A stretch of DNA of 64,000 nt. Origin: Kiritimatiellia bacterium. GTDB lineage: Bacteria > Verrucomicrobiota > Kiritimatiellia > RFP12 > UBA1067. Numbering within the stretch: the stretch's first letter is position 1; each line of letters begins with the position of its first letter. A program made the translations under genes and the position numbers. Positions 9,922 through 20,527 of this stretch are shown one piece after another. The stretch lies in NCBI GenBank assembly GCA_050949565.1, contig JBMNFY010000020.1, positions 1 to 64,000 on the forward strand, read 5' to 3'. The notes under the pieces were generated by a model. The model made no database searches. It was not told where the DNA came from and saw only the letters and a program-made list of their open reading frames with translations.

Positions 9922-11220
9922 ATGAGAAGCTGGAAAAGTATTTTATTGTTACTTGCCGGAACATTTTCCATGACGCAAATCCGCATCGTCGGGTTTATCG
10001 GCATTACGGAGGTCGTGTTGTTTTTCTTGGCACCGTTTGTCTTCATTAAGAATCAAAAGCTTTTGAGGCGGCATGGTTTCATGCGGGTGCTTGTCCTGGC
10101 CGTACTCTGGGTGTGTTCTGCGCTGATCACGGACTGGTATCGGCAAAACACATTCGAGAATCTGCTGAAGGGGGTCGCGGTTCCCTATGCGGTTTTTGCA
10201 GGCATCGTTTGCATGCATGCCTTGCTATGGGACGATTTGAAACGTTTTAAGTGGGCGGTGGTCGGAATGGCTCTGTCTACAGTCCTTTCGATCTATGTGT
10301 TTCCGACGGGCACAAGTGTTGGCATGGGTGAAAAATTAGGCCTGACGGCGGAAGAGGCGTTCAAAGAATACAAACTGTTCGGTGTCATCATCGCGGGTAC
10401 GTTCCTGACATTACCAATCAAAGTCTTTTATCTCAAGATTTCAAAGTATGTCAGTGCCGGTTTGCTGATACTCTTGGCCGTTTATAGTTTATATGCGGGG
10501 GGAAGATCAATCTTTCTCATCAGACTGTTGTCTGCTTGGATCATTTTCTTAGGGGGGCGGAATGTCCAATCCATGAAAACAACCCACAGGAGTTTTGTCC
10601 CTGTCGCACTCTCTTTGGCCATTATTGTAATTCTGGCCACACAACTATATAGGGGATTGGCACAAAAAGGGGCCCTGGGTGAAGATGAATTATTAAAATA
10701 CGAACAACAATCATCAAGCAGGATTGGTCTTCTTTCGGGGCGTTCTGAATTTATCTCAGCATTGTGGGCAATCAAGGATTCTCCCCTAATTGGACATGGC
10801 GCGTGGGCGATTGATTACCGCGGATATCTGTTGCGCACGGTTGAGTTAATCGGAACGCCGGAGGACGTCGAGACTGTTATGAATCGTTACGCTTCGGGGC
10901 ATTACACTTTGATACCAGGTCACTCATATGTCTGGCAAAGTTGGGTGTACAGCGGTGCGGCTGGCGGCATATTTTGGATCTACATTTTCTTCTTTGTTTT
11001 TGTAAAAACATTTAGGTCGTACATGGGGGTGGTCCCCTATCTGTTTGGTTATTTCGCGATTTCTTTGCCGGTTGAATTTTGGAATGTCTGGTTTTCACCT
11101 CTAGGTCAAAGGCTGGAAGTCTCCATGTTGATTGTTTTATGCCTCTTGGTTATGAAGCTTGGCCAAACGAGAAAGAACCCATTGGATCTTCAGAAACATG
11201 GGGGATTGCCTGCGCAATAA
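9922..11220 (+). CDS. wzy: O-antigen polymerase/ligase family membrane protein (Wzy-like)
   Basis: Multi-TM protein with 'GGRS', periplasmic 'SPLIGHG' and 'PGHSYVW' Wzy_C-like motifs. Confidence 0.72.
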   Translation: MRSWKSILLLLAGTFSMTQIRIVGFIGITEVVLFFLAPFVFIKNQKLLRRHGFMRVLVLAVLWVCSALITDWYRQNTFENLLKGVAVPYAVFAGIVCMHALLWDDLKRFKWAVVGMALSTVLSIYVFPTGTSVGMGEKLGLTAEEAFKEYKLFGVIIAGTFLTLPIKVFYLKISKYVSAGLLILLAVYSLYAGGRSIFLIRLLSAWIIFLGGRNVQSMKTTHRSFVPVALSLAIIVILATQLYRGLAQKGALGEDELLKYEQQSSSRIGLLSGRSEFISALWAIKDSPLIGHGAWAIDYRGYLLRTVELIGTPEDVETVMNRYASGHYTLIPGHSYVWQSWVYSGAAGGIFWIYIFFFVFVKTFRSYMGVVPYLFGYFAISLPVEFWNVWFSPLGQRLEVSMLIVLCLLVMKLGQTRKNPLDLQKHGGLPAQ

Positions 11221-11264
11221 AGGGAATGAAGGATTATGAGGTGATTGTCACCGAAAGGAGAAGG

Positions 11265-12326
11265 ATGAAAAAAGTTGTTATCACGGGGTCAAGTGGCTTG
11301 ATCGGGTCAGAGGCTGTGACGTATTTCGACGAGCGCGGTTGGTCGGTTTTCGGTATCGACAACAACATGCGGGCTGATTTCTTCGGCCCTAAGGGGGACA
11401 CGCTTTGGAACCTCAAGCGTTTGTCCGAAACAACGAAGCATTTCCGTTCGGTATCACTGGACATCCGGGACCGTGAGGAATTGGCTAAAATGATTGCGGA
11501 GGTGGCTCCTGATTTGATTGTTCACGCCGCTGCGCAGCCGAGCCATGATTTGGCGGCAAGCCGCCCCTACGATGATTTCGACGTGAATGCCGTCGGCACG
11601 TTAAATGTCATGGAGGCCGCTCGTCGGGCGCGTGATGCTGGGTTGTGCGATCCTGTCGTCATATTTATGAGTACGAACAAGGTGTATGGCGATGTGCCGA
11701 ATGAGTTACCGCTGATCGAAAAGGAGATGAGATGGGAGTATGCCGATCCCAAGGATTTCAATGGTATTGACGAGACGATGCGGATTGACAGATCCCTGCA
11801 CTCCTTGTTTGGTGCCAGCAAGGTCGCGGCCGATGTGGTGAGCCAAGAGTATGGCAAGTATTTTGGCCTGAAGACGGGGATATTTCGTGGAGGCTGTTTG
11901 ACCGGACCGAACCATAGCGGGGTAGAAATGCATGGTTTTCTCAATTATCTGTTCAAAGCGGTACAGGAAGAGTTGCCGTACACGATCTTTGGGTATAAAG
12001 GGAAGCAAGTTCGCGACAACATCCATAGTTTCGATGTGATTTCCGCGTTCGAGGCTTTCTACAATGATCCCCGCCCTGGCGAAGTGTATAACATGGGGGG
12101 GGAACGCGCGAACAGTTGTAGCATGCTGGAAGCGATTGATGCTGCCGAAACCCTCTTGGGTAAGAAAATGGATGTGACGTATGTCGATCAAAACCGCAAG
12201 GGCGATCACATCTGTTACATCAGTGATCTTACCAAGTTCAGATCACACTTCCCGTCTTGGCAGCCTCTAAAAAGCCTCCAAGACATCTATCATGAAATAG
12301 CGCGTGCGGTGTCGGGGAGACAGTGA
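11265..12326 (+). CDS. NAD-dependent epimerase/dehydratase, CDP-paratose 2-epimerase-like
   Basis: 'ITGSSGLIG', 'HAAAQPSHD', 'STNKVYG', 'FGASK', 'GKQVRD'; SD AAGGAG before ATG 11265. Confidence 0.88.
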   Translation: MKKVVITGSSGLIGSEAVTYFDERGWSVFGIDNNMRADFFGPKGDTLWNLKRLSETTKHFRSVSLDIRDREELAKMIAEVAPDLIVHAAAQPSHDLAASRPYDDFDVNAVGTLNVMEAARRARDAGLCDPVVIFMSTNKVYGDVPNELPLIEKEMRWEYADPKDFNGIDETMRIDRSLHSLFGASKVAADVVSQEYGKYFGLKTGIFRGGCLTGPNHSGVEMHGFLNYLFKAVQEELPYTIFGYKGKQVRDNIHSFDVISAFEAFYNDPRPGEVYNMGGERANSCSMLEAIDAAETLLGKKMDVTYVDQNRKGDHICYISDLTKFRSHFPSWQPLKSLQDIYHEIARAVSGRQ

Positions 12327-12329
12327 GTT

Positions 12330-13379
12330 ATGAGGTACGGATTCCTGACATTCGGGGCATTAAGCAATGCCGGATATATTCGAGCGCGTGAGTTAGGGAA
12401 GGCTTTGTTGGACACCGGTATCGAAGTTGCATACATCGTTTCTGACCTGCCTGAGAATCACGGGATGCTGGACTCAAGATCTGATGTGCGTTTTGTTCAA
12501 CACGGGTATTCACTGCGTAAGTTTGCAGAACGAAGACGAGCCATTCGTGAACTGAAGCTGGATTATTTGGAGGTGTTCAATGACCAGAATGGCCTAAGTT
12601 GGTTGACCGTTCGAGGGTTAAGAGGACCCAAACTGGTTGGTATGTGGGATGAAGCATCTGTTTTCAAATCTACACTCCCTTTGGTTAAACGATTGCTGAT
12701 ATTGTTCTGGGATCGATGGTTTCGGAAACACGTTGTAGCGCGATTCACCTCAACTCGTGAACATCAGAGAATCTGGATGAAGAAATATCCGGAGCCAATA
12801 GTCTACATGCCCCATGCTTGTTATTTGGCGAATCATCTCGACAGGCCCTCGCCGTTCAACCGACCAACCGTTGTTTATATGGGACAGTTTCACGCATGTT
12901 GGGATCAAGATTTGTTTTTCGAGGCTTTTCGGCTTTTAAAACAACAAAATATTATGCCGCCCCTTTACTTGATGGGGACTGGACCTGATGAGGATAAGTG
13001 GAAACGGTTTGTTAGCAAACATGGCTTGCAGAACATAACGTTTGCAGGATATCAGACAGGCGAGAGTCTTTATCAGCATTTACGACATGCTCATGTGTTG
13101 CTTTTCCCAATGCGTCCGACAGTACTTAATAAAACGCGGTGTCCGAGTAAGACACTTGCGTATGCACAGGCGAGACGCCCCATCATCACTAATAGAGTGG
13201 GTGAAATAGCGGAAATGCTCGGTGACAATGCTATCTATGTCGAACCCAGTCCGGAAGGGTTTGCTAGGGGAATCCAAGAAGCGATTCAGAAGTCCCATTT
13301 GCCGGATGTTAATTATGAGATTGGACTTCATACTTGGTCTAAACGTGCGGAACAATTGATTCGGGAGTTGTGCGCATGA
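12330..13379 (+). CDS. Glycosyltransferase family 4
   Basis: 'VVYMG', 'LMGTGP', 'CPSKTLAYAQARRPIITNRVG'. Confidence 0.8.
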   Translation: MRYGFLTFGALSNAGYIRARELGKALLDTGIEVAYIVSDLPENHGMLDSRSDVRFVQHGYSLRKFAERRRAIRELKLDYLEVFNDQNGLSWLTVRGLRGPKLVGMWDEASVFKSTLPLVKRLLILFWDRWFRKHVVARFTSTREHQRIWMKKYPEPIVYMPHACYLANHLDRPSPFNRPTVVYMGQFHACWDQDLFFEAFRLLKQQNIMPPLYLMGTGPDEDKWKRFVSKHGLQNITFAGYQTGESLYQHLRHAHVLLFPMRPTVLNKTRCPSKTLAYAQARRPIITNRVGEIAEMLGDNAIYVEPSPEGFARGIQEAIQKSHLPDVNYEIGLHTWSKRAEQLIRELCA

Positions 13380-14473
13380 TGAAAAAACTATGCTATATCA
13401 GTATGCTGGCATCTCCTCATCAAGTTAAATTTTGTTATGCTCTTCAAAAGTATTATGACACAGAATTTTGGTTCTATGAACGAATAGGGCTCCGGCAAGC
13501 TTGGTGGAAAATTCCATTAGGGGATAAATGTAAAATTATTGAAGGTGTGTTTTTCAAAGCCAGGGGAAAATATATGACGTTTTCTTTGTTGAAAATGTTA
13601 AACAAGTTTAAACCTGACATTGTGATGTTGGGCGGAGTAACAATCCCCGCTAATTTTCTTGCCTATCTATGGGCGAGAAGAATGAAATGTAAAACAGTGT
13701 TGTTTTCGGAAAGATCGCGAGACCGAGCAGGCAATTTGCGCAAGTACAGTTTGGGTTGGCGATGTCTGAATTTTCTTTATAGGAAGGTGGATTTGATTTT
13801 GGTGTCTTCCGAAGATGTTGTTCCACAGTTTCGTGATACTTTTCGTTTCGGAGAGAAAGTGGTTCCCGCGCGTTATGCTGCCGATATTGATGTTTATTTT
13901 AACCACCCTTTTAGAGAAGCAAAGTCTGCCTATACGTATCTGTTCCCCAATCGTCTGACTCCCGTCTACGATCCGCTTAAGGCCATAGCAATTTTCCAAG
14001 TGATTCTTGAAGAGTTCCCAGAATCTAAACTGAAAATGAATGCTTCGGGTGAGCTTTTTGAAAGGTGTAAGAAAAAAGTGGCAGAAAGAAATCTGGCAGA
14101 TTCTGTAGAATTCTTGACAAATATTAAATCGTGGGATGAACTTCACAAAGTGTATCGCGATTCTGACATCATGATATTTCCTGCATCTTTTAGTAACGGG
14201 AATTTTACGATTATGGAGGCTATGGCTTCAGGAATGGGTCTCGTGATTAGTAATAAAGTTTTAGGGACATCATCTTATTTTAAGGACGGAATAAATGGTT
14301 TTTGTTGTGATCCAGAAATTGATGTTTTTGTTGAACGAATAAAACGATATATATCGATGCCATGTTTGTTCAAACAACATGCGATTGTGAATCGAGAGAC
14401 GGTTCGACCTTTTTCACTTGAAGGAACGGCGGAATTTACTGCTAGAATATTCCGAGAAAAACAAATTGGGTGA
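13370..14473 (+). CDS. Glycosyltransferase family 4 (AT-rich)
   Basis: 'DIMIFPAS', 'IMEAMASG', 'DGINGF'. Confidence 0.85.
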   Translation: MRMMKKLCYISMLASPHQVKFCYALQKYYDTEFWFYERIGLRQAWWKIPLGDKCKIIEGVFFKARGKYMTFSLLKMLNKFKPDIVMLGGVTIPANFLAYLWARRMKCKTVLFSERSRDRAGNLRKYSLGWRCLNFLYRKVDLILVSSEDVVPQFRDTFRFGEKVVPARYAADIDVYFNHPFREAKSAYTYLFPNRLTPVYDPLKAIAIFQVILEEFPESKLKMNASGELFERCKKKVAERNLADSVEFLTNIKSWDELHKVYRDSDIMIFPASFSNGNFTIMEAMASGMGLVISNKVLGTSSYFKDGINGFCCDPEIDVFVERIKRYISMPCLFKQHAIVNRETVRPFSLEGTAEFTARIFREKQIG

Positions 14474-15762
14474 TGGGGAATAAGAATGGTAGACTGATGA
14501 AAATTGCTTTTGCTATCTCTGGGCTTTCAATGGCATCCGGTCCCACTACTTTTTGCGTTAAAGTCATTGAAGGATTAGCGAGGGCAGATTGTGATGTTGA
14601 CCTCTACGTCGCGAAGCTTGCCGGAGTGGTGCTGCGGCCGCAGGACGAACGCGTGAAAGTTGTCGTGTCCGGCAAATCGTTTCGACCTGAAGGATTTCCT
14701 GAGTTGCTACATGTCCATGCGCTGTGGAACATGTTTTCGCATCATGTTGCAGTGTACGCAAAAAAACACAAAATCCCGTATATTGTTTCGTCGCACGGCA
14801 TGTTGGCACCATGGGCATTGCGACACAAGAGGCTCAAGAAACGGATCGCCTGGGGGCTGTACCAGAAAAAAGATCTTACTGGGGCTACGATGTTCCACGC
14901 CACAGCGGAGTGCGAGATCACTTGGCTGAGAGAACTGGGGTTTAAGCAGCCCTGTGTCCTTGCGCCGCTGGGGTCTGATCTTCCAGATTTGAATCACGCA
15001 GCGACGCAGAGGCGCAGAGAGGTTAAAAAGGTTCTGTTTGTTGGTAGGATTTACCCAGTCAAAGGACTGATGAACTTGGTAAGGGCGTGGGCGGCGGTAA
15101 AAAAAAGTTCATTCGTTCATGATTGTGATCGTGCATTAATGGACTTACGAACGGATGAACTTTCTCACTGGCAACTTGTCATAGCCGGCCCGGACCAAGC
15201 CGGACACAAAGCGGAGTTGGTGGCTGAAGCCAAACGCCTCGATCTAACAATCGCTGACGTAACCACTGACGAACTGATGCATAATCGTACGCACACACTT
15301 TCCCCGGATATTGTTTTTACAGGCCCTGTTTACGGTGCAGACAAAGATGCGCTATACCGCATGGCGGATCTCTTCGTGTTGCCCTCGTTCACTGAAAACT
15401 TCGGGGTGGTGGTCACGGATGCTCTGTCGTATGGTGTGCCGGTGATCACGACCAAAGGGACACCGTGGTCTGAGTTGCTGGGTTATTGCGACCACTCAGT
15501 GGTCGCATCAGTGGTCGCAATGGAGAGTGTAAAACCAGGCACGGGACGTGCGGGCTGGTGGATCGATATCGGTGTAGAGCCGCTGGCGGCGGCGTTGCGC
15601 GAGGCGATAAACTTGAGCGATGATGAACGGCACGCGATGGGCGAGAATGGGCGACGATTAGTAGAGGCGAAGTACACCTGGCCGGCGATCGCGGAGCAAA
15701 TGAAGGTGGCGTATGAGTGGATATTGTGTGGCGGAGAGAAACCGGATTGTGTGGTGTTGTGA
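14470..15762 (+). CDS. Glycosyltransferase family 4 carrying several short in-frame repeat-derived insertions
   Basis: 'HVHALW', 'SSHGML', 'FVGRIYPVKG', 'FVLPSFTENFGVVVTDAL'; extra segments near 14995, 15104-15163, 15260-15300 and 15483-15534. Confidence 0.9.
   Translation: MMGNKNGRLMKIAFAISGLSMASGPTTFCVKVIEGLARADCDVDLYVAKLAGVVLRPQDERVKVVVSGKSFRPEGFPELLHVHALWNMFSHHVAVYAKKHKIPYIVSSHGMLAPWALRHKRLKKRIAWGLYQKKDLTGATMFHATAECEITWLRELGFKQPCVLAPLGSDLPDLNHAATQRRREVKKVLFVGRIYPVKGLMNLVRAWAAVKKSSFVHDCDRALMDLRTDELSHWQLVIAGPDQAGHKAELVAEAKRLDLTIADVTTDELMHNRTHTLSPDIVFTGPVYGADKDALYRMADLFVLPSFTENFGVVVTDALSYGVPVITTKGTPWSELLGYCDHSVVASVVAMESVKPGTGRAGWWIDIGVEPLAAALREAINLSDDERHAMGENGRRLVEAKYTWPAIAEQMKVAYEWILCGGEKPDCVVL
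15483..15534 (+). repeat. REP-like element A, in frame within GT4
   Basis: ttattgcgaccactcagtggtcgca(tcagtggtcgca)atggagagtgtaaaa. Confidence 0.85.
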
Positions 15763-16904
15763 TGAAAATAGGCATCATGACAATTTTCAAGGCTAATAAC
15801 TATGGCGCAGAGTTGCAGGCTTTCGCCCTCCAGAAGAAACTATCGCTGATGGGACACGAAAGTGAGCTGATCGATTACCCGTTTTACAAGTACCCGAGTC
15901 ATGTCGCAAGCCGACAATCTAAGCCGATATTCAATATAGGTCTTAAAAACAGGGTGAAAGAGCGAGTTTATCCGTATTTGGTAGCATTGCAACGTGTTCC
16001 AATCAGGAAAGATATAAAACGTAAGCAAGAAAGGATGGACGCGTTCTATCGGAAACACTTCCGCTTGTCCGATGTCTGCTACAATAGCATAGAAGCCTTG
16101 TACGCCGCCGATTGGTCGTACGATCTGTTTATTACGGGCAGCGACCAGGTCTGGAATCCGCGGATGAACAGCTCGCTTGATCCGTACTTTCTGACGTTTG
16201 CTCCTTCTGACAAGCCGCGCGTCTCCTACGCCTCAAGTTTCGGGGTTTCTGCTCTGCCGGATCATACGAAAAGCGTTTACAGAGAACGTTTGTCAGCTTT
16301 TGAAAGATTGTCTGTGCGTGAAGAGCAGGGAGTGAAAATCATTCAGGATTTGCTCGGGTGTTCCCCGGAACACGTTTTGGATCCTACGTTGCTCTTGACT
16401 GACGTTGATTGGGCGGACGTGGCGGTGCCCGTTGATCAGCCGACACCCTATGTGTTGATCTATGAACTGATGCCCTGTGACGAACTCGCCGCTGTCGCAC
16501 GGTGCGTGGCATCTCAGATTGAGGGGGCGTGTGTGGTTCGCATTCGGGGCGGAGTTGGAATCAGCTCGCGAACGGACGTTGTCGACGTTGATGATGCCGG
16601 GCCTTCTGAATTTCTCGGGTTGCTTCAAGGAGCATCTGCTGTTGTCACGAACTCTTTCCATGGCACAGCCTTTGCGATCAATTTCAGAAAACCAGTTTAT
16701 CCGGTGATCCCTTGCCGCATGCGCAACGCTGGGCGAATTGAAAACCTGCTGGAGAGCCTCGGTTTGTCTGGGCGTATGATCTACGAGAAATCGAACGAAG
16801 ATGTCGCGCGGCTGGCTGAGATTGATTATGACACTGTCATGGGACGGCTTGAGCAGGAGCGTGGTAGGTCGATCAGTTATCTTGAGCAGGTCTGTAGCCA
16901 ATGA
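15762..16904 (+). CDS. Polysaccharide pyruvyl transferase family protein
   Basis: 'NYGAELQAFAL', 'GSDQVWN', 'SYASSFG', 'SVRE', 'LDPTLLL', 'TNSFHG'. Confidence 0.92.
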   Translation: MKIGIMTIFKANNYGAELQAFALQKKLSLMGHESELIDYPFYKYPSHVASRQSKPIFNIGLKNRVKERVYPYLVALQRVPIRKDIKRKQERMDAFYRKHFRLSDVCYNSIEALYAADWSYDLFITGSDQVWNPRMNSSLDPYFLTFAPSDKPRVSYASSFGVSALPDHTKSVYRERLSAFERLSVREEQGVKIIQDLLGCSPEHVLDPTLLLTDVDWADVAVPVDQPTPYVLIYELMPCDELAAVARCVASQIEGACVVRIRGGVGISSRTDVVDVDDAGPSEFLGLLQGASAVVTNSFHGTAFAINFRKPVYPVIPCRMRNAGRIENLLESLGLSGRMIYEKSNEDVARLAEIDYDTVMGRLEQERGRSISYLEQVCSQ

Positions 16905-18070
16905 GAATTGATACAACAGACAAAAACAGGTGTTGTGGTTGCGGGTCTTGTGCCGTGGCATGTCCGCAGGCTTGCATCCGTCTCGTGCCGGACGAGGAGG
17001 GATTCGATTATCCCGTTATCGACGAGGCGAACTGTACGGATTGTGGGCGATGTCTGCAAGTCTGCGGTATGCAGAATGAACCCCGTCTATACGAAGTACA
17101 ACAAACGTATGCGGCATGGCATGCAGATGCAGGTATCCGTGCCGCAAGCACGTCGGGGGGTGTGTTTAGCGCATTAGTGGACGTCACGTTTGCAGAAAAA
17201 GGTTTGGTGGCTGGGGCGGCATTTACCGATGATTTCAAAGGTGCTGAGCACCGGCTCGCCAATTCCTGGCAGGAGGCCAAAGCCTTTCGCGGCTCAAAAT
17301 ACGTGCAGAGCCGGACGCAGACTTGCTTTGCAGAGGTCATAAAGGCATTGGATCAAGGTCAAAACGTCTTGTTCACGGGCACGCCGTGTCAAGTGGCATC
17401 ACTGCGTCGGCTGACGGGTGATCCTGATACTCTGAAGACATGTGATATTGTGTGCCATGGTGTACCGTCTCCAGAAGTGTTTAGGTCGTATTTGGAGGAG
17501 GCCGAACAAAAAAACAACAGCAAAGTGGTGTCGTACGAATTTAGAGAAAAACACCATGGATGGAATTTTCCCCAAGTCGTCGTTTCCTTTGAAAATGGCG
17601 TTGTTCGGCGTTTTATACCATGGGCAGATTCTTTTTTTCATGGATTCTCATTGAATGTGTTTTTAAGGCCAAGTTGTTACCGCTGCCCTTTTGCCGCCGG
17701 CGATCGCGTTGGCGACCTAACTTTGGGTGATTGCTGGCGGGTTGCGGCAAGTCATCCGCAATATGACGATAATCGAGGCACATCGCTTCTGTTGGTTAAT
17801 ACGGAAAAAGGCCGTGAGATGGTTAGCCAAGTTGCTGACCGGCTGGTTTCACATGAGTATGACTTTGAGCTGGCGCGGAAACGCAATCATACATTATATG
17901 CGCCGTCAACTGAATGCAGCCGACGTGGGGCTTTCTTTTCAAACTTCCGGCAACATAAAAAATTTGGACTTGCTGCCAATGAATACTTAAATTTGTTGTT
18001 TGTTATGCGGAAAAAATCGGAATGGGCGTTAAAAAAACTTCTTTGGCCGCTGTTGCGACGTTTCCAATAA
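16901..18070 (+). CDS. 4Fe-4S / F420 hydrogenase beta-subunit (FrhB) family protein of polysaccharide loci
   Basis: Two CxxCxxCxxxC ferredoxin motifs, 'STSGG', 'GSKYVQS', 'GTPCQV', 'CHGVPS', 'RPSCYRC', 'DLTLGD'. Confidence 0.9.
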   Translation: MRIDTTDKNRCCGCGSCAVACPQACIRLVPDEEGFDYPVIDEANCTDCGRCLQVCGMQNEPRLYEVQQTYAAWHADAGIRAASTSGGVFSALVDVTFAEKGLVAGAAFTDDFKGAEHRLANSWQEAKAFRGSKYVQSRTQTCFAEVIKALDQGQNVLFTGTPCQVASLRRLTGDPDTLKTCDIVCHGVPSPEVFRSYLEEAEQKNNSKVVSYEFREKHHGWNFPQVVVSFENGVVRRFIPWADSFFHGFSLNVFLRPSCYRCPFAAGDRVGDLTLGDCWRVAASHPQYDDNRGTSLLLVNTEKGREMVSQVADRLVSHEYDFELARKRNHTLYAPSTECSRRGAFFSNFRQHKKFGLAANEYLNLLFVMRKKSEWALKKLLWPLLRRFQ

Positions 18071-18080
18071 TGGATTTACT

Positions 18081-18653
18081 ATGCGCGATAAAATAAAAGT
18101 GCGACCTTATACTAATCGATTGCCTATCAAAGAACGGTTGCATAGGCTTCTCTGGAATGTTGTTTGGCTTTGCTTCTTTCGGTTAACCCCGAGTTGGGGC
18201 TTTCGTGGTTGGCGGCTTTTCATATTGAAATGCTTCGGGGCCAAGGCAGGAAAAGGATGCGTGATTTATCCCAGTTGTAAGATTTGGGCACCTTGGAATC
18301 TGGAGATGGGTGACTATGCCTGTCTGGCGTCCGATGTGGATTGTTACACGGTGGCTCCTATAAAATTGGGGAACAAAGTCTCTGTGAGTCAACGTTCCTT
18401 TCTGTGTACGGCATCGCACGACATCTCCGATGGCAATCGGCCGTTAACATTTGCACCGATTGTTATTCAGGATTTTTCTTGGATAGCTGCGCAAGCCTTT
18501 ATCGGTCCTGGGGTGACGGTTGGCGAAGGTGCCGTAGTAGGGGCTTGTGCTGTAGTAACGAAAGATGTCGAGCCGTGGACGGTAGTGGCTGGAAATCCGG
18601 CGCGTTTCATCCGGCGGCGTGAAATTATGGACGGCGAGCAGGAGCGGGTTTGA
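18081..18653 (+). CDS. wcaF: WcaF-like acetyltransferase
   Basis: 'IWAPWNL', 'LCTASHD', hexapeptide repeats, 'AGNPAR'. Confidence 0.85.
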   Translation: MRDKIKVRPYTNRLPIKERLHRLLWNVVWLCFFRLTPSWGFRGWRLFILKCFGAKAGKGCVIYPSCKIWAPWNLEMGDYACLASDVDCYTVAPIKLGNKVSVSQRSFLCTASHDISDGNRPLTFAPIVIQDFSWIAAQAFIGPGVTVGEGAVVGACAVVTKDVEPWTVVAGNPARFIRRREIMDGEQERV

Positions 18654-19477
18654 ATAACGTGAGTGTGCCGATTTCCATCGTCATACCGGTCAAAAACGAA
18701 GCGGCGAATTTGGCGCTTTGTTTGGAGTCGGTTCAGGCTTTTAATGATGTGGTTGTCGTGGATTCAGGAAGTACGGACGGGACGTGTGACATCGCGCGTC
18801 GTTACGGTCGGACTGTCGTGCAGTTTGCGTGGGATGGACGATTCCCCAAAAAACGGAATTGGATCTTGCAGAATCATTGCTTTCAGAATCCGTGGGTACT
18901 CTTTCTTGACGCGGATGAGCGCATGACGCCCGAGGTCCGTGATGAATTGACGTGCGTTCTCCCAAGCACTACGCATCATGCCTTTTGGATCGGTTATCGG
19001 AACTGGTTTCTGGGCCAGCTTTTGCGGCACGGCGATCCCATGCGGAAAATGGCCGTGTTGCGGGTCGGTCATGGCGCATACGAGAAGATCCTTGAAGACG
19101 CATGGAGCGGTCTCGATATGGAGATCCATGAGCACATGGTCGTGGACGGGAGCGTGGGTGCCATCGAAGCCAAGTTGGAGCATCATGACAAACGGGATCT
19201 GCACGCCTATTATTCCCGCCACAACGACTATTCGACGTGGGAGGCAAAACGGTATCTCGCGCTGGGTGACCGTTCACAGTTGACCCGGCGGCAGCGCATG
19301 AAATACCGGTTCCTGACATGGGCGTGTTTCCCGGTTCTTTATTTTTTCGCGAGTTACGTGCTGAAAGGCGGGTTTCTCGACGGCCGTGCCGGCTTTTATT
19401 TTGCAGTCGGAAAGATGTTCTATTTTTATCAGATACAGGCGAAAATCCATGAGTTGAAAGGGGGCCGGGGGATTTAA
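18650..19477 (+). CDS. Glycosyltransferase family 2
   Basis: 'IVIPVKNE', 'VDSGSTD', 'LFLDADE', 'IHEH', 'GGFLDGRAG'. Confidence 0.9.
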   Translation: MNNVSVPISIVIPVKNEAANLALCLESVQAFNDVVVVDSGSTDGTCDIARRYGRTVVQFAWDGRFPKKRNWILQNHCFQNPWVLFLDADERMTPEVRDELTCVLPSTTHHAFWIGYRNWFLGQLLRHGDPMRKMAVLRVGHGAYEKILEDAWSGLDMEIHEHMVVDGSVGAIEAKLEHHDKRDLHAYYSRHNDYSTWEAKRYLALGDRSQLTRRQRMKYRFLTWACFPVLYFFASYVLKGGFLDGRAGFYFAVGKMFYFYQIQAKIHELKGGRGI

Positions 19478-19640
19478 ACGCAGAGACGCGGGGGGGGATG
19501 GGAGTTTTAACGCAGAGGCGCAGAGGCGCGGAGGCGCGGGGGGGGATGGGAGTTTTAACGCAGAGGCGCAGAGGCGCGGAGACGCGGGGGGGGATGGGAG
19601 TTTTAACGCAGAGGCGCAGAGACGCGGAGACGCGGGGGGG
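19473..19640 (+). repeat. Tandem repeat of about 48-49 bp built on AACGCAGAGGCGCAGAG with a poly-G tract
   Basis: gggggggatgggagttttaacgcagaggcgcagag(g/a)cgcggag three times plus a partial copy. Confidence 0.85.
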
Positions 19641-20014
19641 CAGACAGTGGGCAATCGGCAGGGGGGCTGGAGGGGCAGGCGGCGGAGAAACGGGCGAAGA
19701 AAATGAGGTATGCGCGCATGCCGCTCTTCTGGCGCGCGTTTGCCTATTTCTGCTATCGCTATTTTTTGCGGGGCGGGTTTCTGGAGGGCCGGGAGGGCTT
19801 CCTGTGGCACTTCCTGCAGGGCTGGTGGTACCGCACGCTGGTGGATGCCAAGGTCTTCGAGATCAAGCGCGAGAGCGGCGGCGATCCGCAGAAGATGCTG
19901 GCGTTGCTGCGTGGGAAAGTATGGGATGAAGATCTGAGCTTATTGCGACCACTTGGTGGTCACAAAAAGGGTCTAATGGCGAGTAACAAACAAGCGCGGA
20001 GCACCGAGCGGTGA
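19640..20014 (+). pseudogene. Orphan C-terminal fragment of a second GT2 glycosyltransferase
   Basis: 'GQAAEKRAKKMRYARMPLFWRAFAYFCYRYFLRGGFLEGREGFLWHFLQGWWYR' is homologous to the tail of 18650-19477; catalytic N-terminus absent; frame closed upstream by TAA at 19604. Confidence 0.8.
19940..19968 (+). repeat. REP-like element A (short hybrid copy)
   Basis: ttattgcgaccacttggtggtcacaaaaa. Confidence 0.75.
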
Positions 20015-20019
20015 TCCTG

Positions 20020-20051
20020 AAAAGCCGTCACCGAAAGGGACGGCTTTTTTT
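20020..20051 (+). terminator. Probable intrinsic terminator (possibly bidirectional)
   Basis: aaaagccgtc-a-cc-GAAA-gg-gacggc-ttttttt: GC stem, GNRA loop, U tract. Confidence 0.75.
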
Positions 20052-20053
20052 GA

Positions 20054-20520
20054 GTGACTAGTGACTAGGATAAGTGATTAGTGGCTAGTGATTAGTGGCT
20101 AGGATAAGTGATTAGTGGCTAGTGACTAGTGGCTAGGATAAGTGATTAGTGGCTAGGATAAGTGATTAGTGGCTAGTGACTAGTGGCTAGGATAAGTGAT
20201 TAGTGGCTAGGATAAGTGATTAGTGGCTAGTGACTAGTGGCTAGGATAAGTGATTAGTGGCTAGGATAAGTGATTAGTGGCTAGTGACTAGTGGCTAGGA
20301 TAAGTGATTAGTGGCTAGGATAAGTGATTAGTGGCTAGTGACTAGTGGCTAGGATAAGTGATTAGTGGCTAGGATAAGTGATTAGTGGCTAGTGACTAGT
20401 GGCTAGGATAAGTGATTAGTGGCTAGTGGCTAGAAACAAACTAACCACTCGCCACTAACCACTCGCCACTCGCCACTAACCACTCGCCACTCGCCACTCG
20501 CCACTACTTCCTACCACTAA
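20054..20520 (+). repeat. Heptamer array GTGGCTA/GTGATTA/GTGACTA (54-bp higher-order period) followed by a complementary TAACCAC/TCGCCAC array
   Basis: GTGACTA recurs at 20122, 20176, 20230, 20284, 20338, 20392; spacer GAAACAAAC at 20433-20441; complementary arm 20442-20520. Confidence 0.95.
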
Positions 20521-20527
20521 CAAGGAG

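Noticed and set aside
16901-18070. A methanogen-type F420 hydrogenase
   Set aside because: FrhB-family proteins next to pyruvyl-transferase genes are common in polysaccharide loci; no other hydrogenase subunits are present
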